Shown: in pieces, positions 1-13,099 of the stretch | Layout of the letters: every line of letters starts with the position of its first letter | Position numbering within the stretch: position 1 is the first letter of the stretch | Notes under the pieces: generated by a model | Told to the model about the DNA's origin: nothing | What the model saw: the letters and a program-made list of their open reading frames with translations, nothing else | Database searches by the model: none | Made by a program: the position numbers and the translations under genes | From: Eledone cirrhosa | Taxonomy: Eukaryota | Direction: 5' to 3' | NCBI GenBank assembly: GCA_964016885.1 | Contig: OZ024743.1 | Location: 356,438,001-356,502,000 of the forward strand | DNA: 64,000 bases

Positions 1-134
1 ATGCATACAATGGCGACCGTTATGGTCAGTGTCCGATAATCGGACGTGTGTAATTACTGCTTACATGAAGGCAACATAGCATATATTGGAAAAGGTTGAG
101 CTACATTACGCGGTAAGATTACATACAATAATTT

Positions 135-460
135 TACATAAGTGTTTGAACTGTAAGTGTGTTGTAAAATACCTATTTATATGAACGATACATACACTTA
201 TGATATATGAACGATACATACACTTTAACATATAAATGCAACGTTGTTATATTACATTTGTAAAGAAATATGCAAGTAACGTTTTCGATTCAGAAACAAA
301 AACATAAGTGTTTGAACTGTGAATATGTTGTAGAACACCTATTTATATGAATGATACATAAACTTTAACATATAAATATAGCATTGTCATATTATATTAC
401 ATTCATAAGAAATATACTAAGTAACGGTTTTTTTTTGTTCTCGATTCAAACGATTAAAAC
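135..460. repeat. Imperfect ~165-bp tandem duplication
   Basis: acataagtgtttgaactgt...cctatttatatgaa.gatacata...ctttaacatataaat occurs at about 136 and again at about 302. Confidence 0.7.
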
Positions 461-617
461 ACAGTTGTAGAATTAAAAACTAACTGAAAAGAAATATTAC
501 TCAAGCTGTGAATAACTTTAAATTTGATTCTGACAGAACTTTGTCGAAACTTTTAAAGAAGATCATCGACTATTTTGAAAAATAAATACGAAATATTAGT
601 GAATAGACGAACTCATC

Positions 618-3600
618 ATGGCAAAAAGTACAAGTCTTCTTCGACCAAATCGCAACTACAACCGTTGTATAAAGTGGAGCTACGAGCTTAACAAAGAATT
701 ATATGAAGCATACAAACAATCTGAACCCCAAAAGTTCGGTTTTATGCAAAGGCTAAAAACTTTATGGAACTCCAAACACCCAGAATTAGACTTTTCTCCA
801 AAGCATTTAAATGATCAGGCAAAACGTATCATTAGATGTAAATTGATACATCTAACGGAATTGAGTGATAGTACAAATACAGCCCTTGTAGACAACCAAC
901 CCACCTCCACTGACAGACAAAGAGACTGGCCAGCTAATTCTAACAGTGAAAAGCTCACCAACAATTTTGCTGAAATCCATCCCACTTCCACTGAAGAACA
1001 GCGAGAATGGTGAGCTAACTCTAGTAGTAATTGTCACCACATCAACAACGAGGCTGAAATTCATGACTCTACCGTACAAACAGAACACAAAAAAACTTGT
1101 GGACATCTTGTAAGTGATATAGGACGATATGCTTCAAGAGATACACAGTCTTAATGTGAGTGACAGACCATGCAGAACCAGAATCGGTAAAGAACCCAGG
1201 AAATTGGAAACGGTGAAAAGCTGACAATTATCTGAAGGCTATACGATCTAAAGGTGTAGAAACGACATTTGAAACGCTTAACATTTTGTTATATGTTTCA
1301 GCTGTCATATTGCTATCACATAACGAACATCTAAAGCCACGCAATCAAGATACAAACAAAAAGCCTGAACCAGCGTGGATGCGAAATTTAAAAAGCAAAA
1401 TTTTGTCCCTGAGACGAAGTATCTCACACATTGCAGTCGTTATGAAATGCAACATAGAGAGCAACTTCACACGACACCAGGAAGAACTAAAAAAAAGATA
1501 GAGAGACGATTTGGAGATACAAAATTTAATACTTACAGAAACCATTAAAGGCACACAAGAACTGCCCGGATGGTTATCAACTGCCACTACTCTCCTCATT
1601 CCCCCAAATAACCAAACCACCCTTGATAAAAATTACCGCCCAATAGCCTGCCAAAACATCATGTATAAATTATATACTGGGTGCCTTAACCTGTTCTTAC
1701 AGGATCACTGTGCTACCAACAACATCATAACACCTGAGCAAGCTGGTGGAAAGAGGGAGGCGTGGGGTTGCATAGGTCACCTACTAACTAATAAAATGAT
1801 TCAAGAAAAAACAACAAGGAATCGCAGAAACATGACTGTGGTGTGGCTGGACTATCAAAAAGCATTTGATAGTGTACCTCATGGGTGGATTGTTAAGGCT
1901 TTACAGTTTGCCAAAGTCCCACAACCACTGGTAGTTGCTGTTGAACGTCTGACCAAGAACTGGTACACCAATTTGATTCTTAGAAGTGAGAAGGAGCAAG
2001 TTAAGACTGATAAGATACATTACCAGAAGGGCATCTTTCAGGGTGATAACTTGTCAGTGCTACTCTTCGTTCTCTCACAAAATCCACTATCTTACCTACT
2101 CAGGAAACAAGGTGGACAAAAAAGTGGGTCCAGATGTATCTCCCATCTTTTCTTTGTTGATGACCTGAAGTTGTATGGGCCAAATATCAATGACATCAAG
2201 AAACAATTGGACCTCATTACACAATTTTCAACAGACATCAAAATAAAATTTGGTGAGTCCAAGTGTGCATATTTTGCAGTAAAACGTGGAAGAGCTGTGC
2301 CCTCCTCTAGAAATCTAGAGATGAACGGCCTGACAATACAACCTCTACAGTCAGGTGACAACTACAGATATCTTGGACAGGATGAGAATGTTAGATATGA
2401 TGGACCCATAGATAAGGAGAGAACCAGAACTGAATACTTCAGAAGAGTAAAGAAAATATGGTCATCAGAACTGTCAGCGTAGAACAAATACATTGCCCAC
2501 AATACTTATGCTGTGCCAATTCTAACGCCAACATTTGGCCTGCTGAACTGGTCATTGCAAGAACTAAGTGAGATGGATGTTAGAACTCGTAAACTTCTCA
2601 GTGTTACTGGGAACTTTAACATCAATGGTGATGTGGATAGGCTATACTTCTCACGCAAGGAAGGTGGCCGGGGTCTAAAATCCCTATTAACATCATATGA
2701 GACGCGGATGGTAATACTGAAGCAACATCTTCAACAGAGGAAAAAGGTTGGCAACCATCTTGCCCAGGTTTATGAGCATAAAAAATAAATATGATTAGAA
2801 TAGCCACTGATCTGGAGGAGAGATATGGAATAAAGCCTGATATAAATCTCTCACCCAGAGAAATCGGAAGAACCTATTCAATGTTCAAACAAGATGAAAA
2901 AATTGACCAATTTACAGAAAAAGTTGTGCATGGATACTTGAGGCGTAAAACACAGACCATAGAGGGGATAAACCACTCAAAAAGCCTGGCATGGAGTTCC
3001 GACAAGTTTATGACATCACACCTTGAGGGATAGATCTAAACAAGAACGCCCTACCAAATATCTGCTGCACAAAAGGGGAGGGCCAGCAGCTGACAATAAA
3101 TGTAGGCTATGTAAAACAAAGATCGAGGATGTAAGCCACATTGTTGCCAGCTGCGAAAGAATGTCATCTCGCTACTACCTCCCCATGAGACACGATGGGA
3201 TAGCTAGAACCATCTGGAACGCACTTCGGAAAACAAAATTAGCAACAAACGAGGAAGAATATATTGAAACAGATGGCACTAAGGAATACTGGTGGAACCT
3301 GAAAATAAAAACTGCCACCAAATTAAAGCACAACCGGCCTGATATTGTTGTTTGGGACCACACATTGAAAACGTGTTCTGTTGTGGAAATCAGCTTCCCA
3401 CTTGATGTAAACGTTGTCAGAAAAATACAGCAGAAGGAGGACATCTACGGACCATTGATGAGGAGTTTACAAATCCAGTATCCAAGATACACCTTTAGCT
3501 TCATACCCATCATTATTGGAGCTACGGGTTATATACCAACCCGCTTAGACCAAAGTATGACTGAACTTGGATTTGCGGACAAAAAGCGCAGCTCCCTAAT

Positions 3601-3760
3601 TCATAGTCTACAAATGCTGCGATAGCTGGCACCCTCAAAATTTGCAAAACATTCTTGCGATTCAAGGAATGACAATTTCTTTTCTTTTACAACCTTGCCA
3701 CCAGGAAGGTGGCCGGTCAAAAAAATATACTCGAATTTAAGAGAAAGAGATAACATAAAT
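618..3760 (+). mobile_element. Degenerate R4/Dong-like non-LTR retrotransposon (RT plus restriction-like endonuclease)
   Basis: N-terminus has the R4/Dong-type W..ELN..LY..Y..S.P...GF..RL..LW pattern. RT motifs NYRPI, WLDYQKAFDSVPH, GIFQGDNLS, HLFFVDDLKL, YRYLG. C-terminal CCHC knuckle (CRLC..EDVSHIVASC) and RLE motifs RHD, KHNRPDIVV, VEISFP. Several stops and frameshifts. 3' hairpin GCCACC-AGGAA-GGTGGC near 3697-3713. Confidence 0.9.
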
Positions 3761-3893
3761 ACATATATACATATATACATACATGATGGCTGCCCCCTCG
3801 TTATCGAGTATGGCCATTGCACGAGGAGAAAGAAAAAAAAAAATAATAATAATAAATAAATAAAAATAAAATTAAAAAAAAAAAAAAAAAAAG

Positions 3894-3938
<45 letters not shown>

Positions 3939-4135
3939 CATACATACACCCACACCCACCCACCCACACACACACACATACATTAATAACAATAATAATA
4001 ATAATAATAATAACAACAATAATAATAACGACAACAACAATAATAATATACATATACATATATATATACACACACACGCACACACATAAGCATATCTAAA
4101 CACACACACACACACACACACACACACGATAGCAA

Positions 4136-4440
4136 CTAACAGCGCTGCGATCGAATGCGGCTTTTTAGCCCAGCCAATGATCTAAAATGTCTTGCACAGA
4201 GTCGGCAACCAAAACATTTACTGGGAATAGTCGGCTGTGGTTGGAGTTCGTGTACTTTTGCATGTCGCTTGAACCCTCCTGCTGATTTACATTTTCTACC
4301 ACATGTTTGGCAAGCATGATGAGTAGCATCTCCAACAGCAGCCTGGTAGTCAACCACTGGTCTTACTTTATGACTGCGAAGATGACTTTCGAGACCAGCT
4401 TTGCTTAGGCAGAGTCTCGCACATACGCTGCATGTCAGCA
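4136..4440 (-). pseudogene. Three tandem C2H2 zinc fingers at the C-terminus of the RTE ORF
   Basis: CSVC..HLRSH, CQTC..HAKVH and a degenerate CRLC..RIRSQ. Continuous with the RT after one frameshift near 4540 (..FEASRIAYEKVKRDVRKG..). Confidence 0.85.
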
Positions 4441-7400
4441 CCATAGGAGGACCCTCGCCGTCTGGAAGTGCAACAGCAATGCCCTTCCTCACATCCCGCT
4501 TTACTTTCTCGTATGCGATTCGAGATGCCTCAAAGCAACTTTTCCCTCATATACAGTCTTTCTCCATGTATTACGATCAGCAGCAATATTCTCCCATGTA
4601 TCAGCAGAGATGTTAGCGTCTTTCAGAGAGGCTTTCAAGTAATCCTCATACCTCTTTTGGGGTTTATGTGGCGGTCGTTTTCCTTTAACCAACTCTCCAT
4701 AGAAGAGTTGTTTTGGTATTCTAGAATCCTTCATCCTGGCAAGGTGACCACTCCAACGGAGTCGTTGCTTAAGCACAAGAGCTTCTATACTGTCACACAT
4801 AGAGCTTTCCAAAATTTCGACATCACTGATGTGGTCCCTCCAGTAAACGCCATGGATCCGTCTGAGACACATCTAATGGAAACGCTCCAATTGCTTAAGG
4901 TGGTGTCGATATGTGACCCAGGTCTCGCAGGCATAAAGAAGACAAGAGAGCACACATGCCCTGTACACCTTTACCTTTGTCCTCCTGCATATGTCTCGCC
5001 GACCCCAGAGTCGCCTTTCTAGCTTTCCGAAAGCATCACTTGCTTTCCTAATCCTAAGTGAGATTTCACTGTCAAGGTTGCTGTATCGATTGACAGTGCT
5101 TCCCAGGTAGACAAACTGATCAACCACTCCAAGTCGTTTGCCATACACATAGATGTTTGGTTCAGTGTACTGCTTACCAGGGGCAGGTTGGTACATGACG
5201 ACGGTTTTCTTGAGACTGACAGTCAGACCTAGGGCAGTGCAAGCGTCACAAAATGCATTGAACATGTGCTGCATATCACTCTCTGTATACACTACAAGAT
5301 CGCAATCATCTGCATACAAGAGGTCACTTATGATTGATGTAAATACTTTTGTCTTCGCAGCAAAGCGCCTGATGTTAAATATGCTGCCTGAGGTTCGATA
5401 TCGGATGTAAACACCATGCTCGCAATTACTGAATGCAATACAGAAAACCATTGCAAAGTATATGGCAAACAGGGTCGATGCTGGAATATCCCCCTGTTTC
5501 ACTCCATTTTTTACTGAGATAGGCTCCGACATGTTACCCGCGACATTAACCCAAGCCTTCATGTCGTCATGGAAAGATTAACTAAAGCAAGGAACTTATC
5601 AGGGCAACCAAGTTTCTGGAGAACCTTCCATAATGCATCTCTGTTAACAGTATCGAAAGCTTTTGTCAGATCGACAAAAACCTGATACAGATCCAAGCCT
5701 TGTTCTATGCACTTCTCCTGGAGCTGTCTAGCTGAGAAGATCATATCAGTAGTGCCGCGTCCAGCACGAAAACCAGATTGACTTTCAGGAAGAACACAAT
5801 CTGCAATGTGTCAGCAGACGGTCCAGAAGCACCCTACATAAAACTTTCCCTACGACAGAAAGCAATGATATAACTCTGTAGTTCCCACAATCGTTTCTGT
5901 TACACTTTCCCTTGTACAAAACCACCATTACTGCATCTCTCCAGTCTTCAGGTACGGATTCATTAGCCCATATCCTGCCAAACAAAGAGTGAAGATGTTG
6001 CAGGAGTCTCTCACCACCATATTGTAGGAGCTCAGCATGTATGCCATCCATACCTGGAGATCTTCCACTATTCAGCTTCGAAATAGCCACTGCAACATCC
6101 ACAAGCCTCGGAGGTTCTGCGAGAGCTACTTTCACAGGACTTTCTGGAATGAGATTGAGGAAATCTTCACTGACGACAGACGGCTGATTCAAAAGATCAT
6201 CAAAGTGCTCTCGCCACCTTCGTAGAATTCCTTGTGAGTCACGAAGAAGTTCTTTGCCATCCTTGCTGCGAAGCGGTGTCACCAGAGAAGAAGACGGTCC
6301 ATCAACCTCACGCAAGAGACTGTACAACAGCTTTGTGTTATTGGAATCAGACGCAGTTTGTATCTCACCAGCCTTCTCACTCCACCACTGATCCTTCATC
6401 TGAGAAAGACCCCGCCTAACACGTGATTTTACATCCCTGAGTTCCTCATGCAACGTATTCCTCTCCTGTGGTTTTGCCGTCAAGTAGCGTGACAGAGCAC
6501 GCCTCTTATCAGCCAACAAGTCTTCTATATGTACATCATACTCATTAAACCAGTCCTGATGTTTCCTCTGCGCCAATCCCAGAACACGCCTGCCTACATC
6601 ATAAATCGACTTTTTAAGGGTCGGCCAATCCTCACCAAGATCTGCAGCCTGCATCTCTTCTTCCAATGTCCTCTTCACATTTTTATCCTTAAGACGAGCA
6701 CCATTCAATCTTTTGGGCAGGGCAACACCAGGAGCCCGGATTTTACGTTTAGTGATTAGTTTCACTTTTGCGCGTACCAGGCGGTGGTCCGTCCAGCACT
6801 CAGCTGCACGAAGAACACGAACACACTGCACATCCTGTCTGTCACGCATCCTGACTAGGACGTAGTCCAAAAGATGCCATTCCTTAGATGCAGAATGCAT
6901 CCATGTGGTCTTGAATTTGTTCTTTTGTTGGAACATGGTGTTGGTAACACAGATCCATCTCCTCACACATCTGCAGCAGGACCATACCATTGTTGTTACA
7001 CTATCCCACCCCATGCCTTCCGATTACATTCCATGTGTTAAAATCCCTACCCACTCTAGCATTAAAGTCACCAAGCACGATGACTTTGTCTGCCTGAGGG
7101 ATATTTCTTAAAACACCTTTCAAGGCATGGTAAAAGGACTCCTTTTCCTCATCGACAGAACTCATAGTTGGAGCATACGCACTCACAGGGTAGCATATCT
7201 TCCCTTGTCCAGCGGAACTCTCATGGACATAAGACGCTCACTAATCCCTACTGGGAATTCTTCTAATTTGTTCACAAGTACAGTCTTAACAGCAAATCCT
7301 ACCCCAGCCTCTCTTCTGGTTCCTTCATCTCTTCCTTTCCAGAAGAATGTATATTCTCCACAAAATTCCGTAAGATGACCATCTCCAGCTAACCTCGTCT

Positions 7401-7711
7401 CAGATAAAGCCACGATGTCAAGATCGTAACGTCGAAGCTCCTTTGCAACAAGAGCGGTCCTTCGTTCAAGACGCTCCAAGGAATCCCTGTCAAGCAGCGT
7501 CCGTACGTTCCAGCAGCCAAGACTAAATGCCTTGTTTGGCTCTATTACAATGGCACGATGACGCGCGGGCCCAGGCTGTGATAACCTGGAGCCCCTGCAC
7601 TTATTGCCAAACATCTTTTTTGTTCCAGAACCTAAATTGCCAATTATCTCTTTTATATTGTTCTGGAACATCATTGAATTGGGAAAAAAAAAAAAAAAAA
7701 AAAAAAAAAAA

Positions 7712-7761
<50 letters not shown>

Positions 7762-7765
<4 letters not shown>

Positions 7766-8020
7766 TGTTTCTACTTTAGGCACAAGGCCAGCAATTCACC
7801 AGTGCATTACTGGTACTTTATTTTAATAATATAATAATAATTGTTTCTACTTTAGGCACAAGGCCAGCAATTACCCAGTGCATTACTGGTACTTTATTTT
7901 ATCGACCCCGTAAGGATGAAAGGCAAAGTCAACCTCGGCGGGATTTGAACTCAGATCGTAAAGGGACGTAACTATGCTGGAAAGCATGGCGCCCGACCCT
8001 CTACCGATACTGCCAATCCA
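7762..8020 (-). mobile_element. tRNA-derived SINE family A, inserted in a (TAA)n tract in the RTE 5' region, with duplicated 3' end
   Basis: Sense strand has A box TGGCAGTATCGG, B box GAGTTCAAATCC, central GAGGTTGACTTTGCCTTTCATCCTTACGGGGTCGATAAAATAAAGTACC (resembles Meta/Nin-type SINE domains) and an (ATT)n tail. The 3' ~65 bp is repeated at 7762-7825. Confidence 0.88.
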
Positions 8021-8075
8021 ATAATAATATAATATAATAATATAATATAATAATATAATATAATATAATATAATA

Positions 8076-8107
<32 letters not shown>

Positions 8108-8544
8108 GTACACTATTAATAATTATTAATGCTCTCGTGCAATGCCTGTGCGTGACGAATATGTTTAAAGTGAGGAAAGACTGTGCACTGAGCCAATCCC
8201 ACTCTCTGAGCGACAGTAGCTATAACCCGAAAAGAAGAAAAGATCAACATCATCGGTAACTACTGAGCCGCAGGTTTTATGTCGGAGTTAACCCAGTTTC
8301 CTGAGATGCCTTCTCCTAGAAGAATGCCCTGACAAGGGCTAGGGGTTCTTCACTCCCAGTGGTTTAACTGCGCGATCGGGCATCCAGCCCGATTATTTCT
8401 ATGTCCACGCGCAAAAAAAACAAAAAAAAAAAACATCACTTATTGACACTTATACGTACGACATACACACACGCGCATACATATGCGCGCACACAGCAAC
8501 ACTCATACATACAAACAAACACACGCACGCTACTCTACTCACTT

Positions 8545-8629
<85 letters not shown>

Positions 8630-8734
8630 GTCATTACTGATACAAGATTACAAGATTATGTCAACTGTTGACTTTCAAGAGTTTGTATAGTTGAAGCCGA
8701 TCGTACTACAGTCCAGTATTATTATAATTGCTTT

Positions 8735-8865
8735 ACAGCATAGAGTTATGGCTCTCTACGCTCTGAGCTTAAATCCCGCCGAGGTCAACCTTGCCTTTCA
8801 TCCCCACGGAGTCAACAAAAGAGAGTACCAGTGATGCGCTGGCCAGTCGCTGGATCCGTGCCAAA
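8735..8865 (+). mobile_element. SINE family A fragment
   Basis: aaatcccgccgaggtcaaccttgcctttcatcc matches the 7762-8020 copy. Confidence 0.75.
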
Positions 8866-9349
8866 AGCATACATACATAAATACATACATACATACATAA
8901 ATACATACATACATAAATACATGCATACATACATACATAAATACTTACATACACACATATATACATATATAAATATATACATACATACATAAATACATAC
9001 ATACACAACATTCACACATACATACATACTTATATACATACATACATAGAGACAAACTAATACAAAGAATAGCTGAACAAATCTAAAGGGTCAGATGCAA
9101 CAACACGACAAGCTAGAAATTGAATAACAACAATAAACAGAACAACCATTACTACATTAAAATCGGATAATAGGAAAGAAATATATAGAAAGACAATAAC
9201 ATTTGATAACTTTGATGTCCATATAATGTAAGCATAAGCCTTTTCCTATTCTCTGCAAAACAAGACATGAAATTATCATTCATCTTACTGAGATTTATAG
9301 AAAATTTCTAGCTGTTCATGAAGAACTTAATGTATCATCTATGTTTAAT

Positions 9350-9616
9350 ATGAAGATGTGATGTATGTATGTGTGTATATATGTATGTATGTATATATGT
9401 TTGTATGAATGTATGTATGTATAAATGCGTGTTTGTATGTATGTACATATGTATGTGGGTGTTTGTATGTATGTATATATGTATGAATATATATGTGTAT
9501 GTACGAAATATATATATATATATATGTGGGTGTATACCCACGCACATTCACAAACATATATGTGTGTGTATGGGCGTGTGTGTACATGTGTATATATATA
9601 TATATGTGTGTATGTT

Positions 9617-9668
<52 letters not shown>

Positions 9669-9675
9669 AATAAAT

Positions 9676-9753
<78 letters not shown>

Positions 9754-9766
9754 GTATATATATAAA

Positions 9767-9822
<56 letters not shown>

Positions 9823-9907
9823 GAGAGAGAAAGAGAGAAATGAAGATATTGATAAATATATATATAAATATATATTACACACGCACACCTACACACACAC
9901 ACACTCA

Positions 9908-9987
<80 letters not shown>

Positions 9988-10000
9988 TATATATACAAAT
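9350..10000. repeat. Compound (TA)n/(TATG)n/(CA)n microsatellite
   Basis: Directly visible; explains the YI/CV-rich ORFs. Confidence 0.95.
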
Positions 10001-10131
10001 GTATGCATTTGAGTACTTGTAATATGTTCCCCTACTTTCCATGTTCATATATAATATTTACTTAGGTATTATTTTTATTTTTTAATAAACAGATTGGCTC
10101 TTTGTTTTTTTGCTTATCTCTATTTATGTAG

Positions 10132-10169
10132 TTTACACGCTAGCTGTTTATTGCTAAGATATTTGTTGG
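10132..10169 (+). other. Candidate 38-nt host exon
   Basis: Pyrimidine tract tttgtttttttgcttatctctatttatgtag, then donor TGG|GTAAGT. One frame open (LHASCLLLRYLL). Confidence 0.4.
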
Positions 10170-10537
10170 GTAAGTTTTAGTTTTCTTTTGCCGCCCAAAT
10201 ATATTTATTCTATGATAAATGACTGGCGACAACTTTGATAAGGATCTTCATGCAATGTGTGTGAGAATCTTCATTCCTCTTCAATCGATATTCATTTATT
10301 AGCATTAAAATGGAATTTAATGTGTATATGATTGCATATATAATATATGTATATACATATATATATTTATATAGATTTATTTTTATAAATGCGTATATAT
10401 ATTAGATATGCATATATATATATAATATATATATATAATATATATACATAATATATATATATAATGTATATATGTATATATAATATATATATATATGTAC
10501 ATAAATATATATATGTATATATATATATATATGTATG

Positions 10538-10600
<63 letters not shown>

Positions 10601-10676
10601 AGAGAGAGAGAGCGAGATAAATAGATAGATAGATAAATGTTTATATATATACGTTAGTATATGTATTAAATAAATT

Positions 10677-10707
<31 letters not shown>

Positions 10708-10761
10708 ATATGTATACAAACATAATACAAACATAATACATACATTCATACACACACACAC

Positions 10762-10802
<41 letters not shown>

Positions 10803-12219
10803 CCCAACATCTCATACATAGGTACCAACGCACACATACACCCACTAACATACATATATCTATACTCAGAAACACACAATGCTATACAGTCTCTCTTACA
10901 CAAACATGTACACGTTGTTCTTTTTCTATGTATTTATTGCACCGAAAGCAAAGTTCAATGATTGCATATCTAGAAAATGATTCCTGAGCTCATAAATCAG
11001 GTATAAATTATCGACCCCCTCTTTTTCAACCTTATAGTATTAAATGGGTTAAACTGACAACACACGTATATACACACACACTTACACACGCTCACGTACA
11101 CACATACTGACATACACACAAATAAACATACATACGTTCTTCCACACACACACTCACACACACACACACACATATATATCTATATATGCCTTTATAATAC
11201 ATAATACACACTACAAAACAGTGTCATTATCCCCCTCATTATTGTCGTCATAATCATCATCATCATCATCCTGATTATCTTTATCATCACCATCATCATC
11301 ATCATCATCATCAGTGTCTGCATTATCATCATCACCATGGAACAAGTACGAGTATGAAATTTAACAACTAATATCCTCACAATTCTTATAACCACAAGTA
11401 AAATCAATGCAGGAAGCCTCAACCTTTTGACTTGAGTTGCTAGAAATTGCAACCAAATCCTTTTCAAATTAGACCCTAGTTCCTTAAATGAGACAATGCT
11501 GGATAATGCGAACCTGATTTACTTATATTATAGATTCTACGAGACGGTCATGGTTGCAATGTATTTAATCATTTGTTTTTTCAACTAGGTCTAATCTAGG
11601 GCTAAATATCAGCATTAACATCATCGAAGGACATCTAGCTGGTCATTTTGGCATACTAGAAATGACAACCAAACCTTTGTAAAATGCACTTGAACTTCTT
11701 AAACGGTAGAACGGACTGAATGTAATATTAGATATACTTTAACTTAAAATAGATGAGATGGACACAGTAGGAATGTCTTAGACCGTAGGTCTGCTCCATC
11801 AGAATTTATTTGCGTTAAACAACGTTATTAACACGACCACTATCATCAGCAGCAGCAACGTCACTATTACCACCTTCACTATCATCATCAGTATAACATC
11901 GTCAATATAACCCCCATCACTATCAACATTAACATTACCGCCAACATAATTTATCATGATCATCATCAACACCACAACAGCAATCACAAATAGTCCCCTA
12001 ATCTCCCTGAAACCACATTCTTCTATTATGTCCAATGAAAAGGTTATGGTTGATATTCTCTGACTGAAACATAGAACAGATGGTGACGATAGAACTATTG
12101 CTGTTTATATCTATATACGTTGAGGTATTCTTCCTCCTTTACTCTACAAGCGTAAAACTAATAAACAACATGGCTTCTATTCTCAGCTCAATTATGTAGT
12201 AGTTTTATTATTGATTCTA

Positions 12220-12415
12220 ACTCGGTAGAGGGTCAGACGCCATGCTTTGCAGCATAGAGTTACGGACCTTTATGATCTGAGCTCAAATCCCGCCAAGATT
12301 AACTTTGCCTTTCATCCTTACGGGGTCGATAAAATAAAGTAGCAGTCACGCACTTAATCGACTTTCCCCTCCCCCCAAATTGCTGGCCTTGTTCCTATAT
12401 AAGAAACCATTATTG
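12220..12415 (+). mobile_element. SINE family A
   Basis: Same B box, central domain and 3' end as 7762-8020. Confidence 0.8.
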
Positions 12416-13099
12416 ACCTTAACATAGCCTCACTTTTGAGTTATAAGTATAATTGATAAAAATAATCTCAGTACGCAGCTAATATATATTTTTCTCAACC
12501 ACGGATGGAAATTTCGGATGGAAAGGACGGATGGAAATTTCGACATCGGATTTGAACTCAAATGAAGATGCTTTAGTAAATAACACAGGCCATACTGCCG
12601 TCACCTTGGTGATCTGGCTTTTTCGATGATTTAATATTAAAAAAATACTCATACAAATAGAATGATTATTATTAATAGATTGTAATTTTGGTACAATGCC
12701 AGATATTTAAGGAAGGTGAATTTAATTAAATTGGACCAAGAAGCTGACTTTATTTTATGACAATGGAAGAATGAACTGCAAATTTGATCTCGGCCGCGAT
12801 TCGAACTCAAAATGTAAAGCCCTGAAATAAATACTCAAAATACTTTCATTCAACACTAACAATGCCTCAATATATAAATAAACCTTAAAAGTTTCGTAGG
12901 TGCACATTTTGGTTTTATTGTTTAATCAGGGATGGATAGGCCTATGAGATCATTGTCAAAGTGGGTATGAGTTTAATTTAAACTAGAGATCTTGTGCGAA
13001 CGCTTGAAATATATTGGAATCCGCTATATGGTAGTGTTAAACCGGGTGACGAAATAAAACTAGGTCACCTCCTTCAAATTTTGGACTCAAACCGCAAAG

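Larger units (their letters stand above)
3783..8412 (-). mobile_element. Near full-length RTE-clade LINE (APE + RT + C-terminal C2H2 fingers), disabled
   Basis: APE motifs GCWNVRTL, ALSETR, GVGF, SAYAPT, LGDFNARVG, LDYV, TDHRLV. RT motifs FVDLTKAFDTV, GVKQGD, LLYADD, FVYLGS, RLRWSGH. RTE-like 5' UTR at 8130-8412. 3' stem-loop CTCG-ATAA-CGAG then GCCATCAT at about 3783-3815. Frameshifts near 7185, 7010, 5780, 5560 and 4540, and a stop near 4873. Confidence 0.92.

Noticed and set aside
4136-4492. Independent host C2H2 zinc-finger gene
   Set aside because: Continuous with the RTE RT after one frameshift and lies inside the element's 3' boundary.
8130-8412. HDV-like ribozyme in the RTE 5' UTR
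   Set aside because: Hairpins exist (ATCGGGC/GCCCGAT) but I could not thread the nested double pseudoknot by eye.
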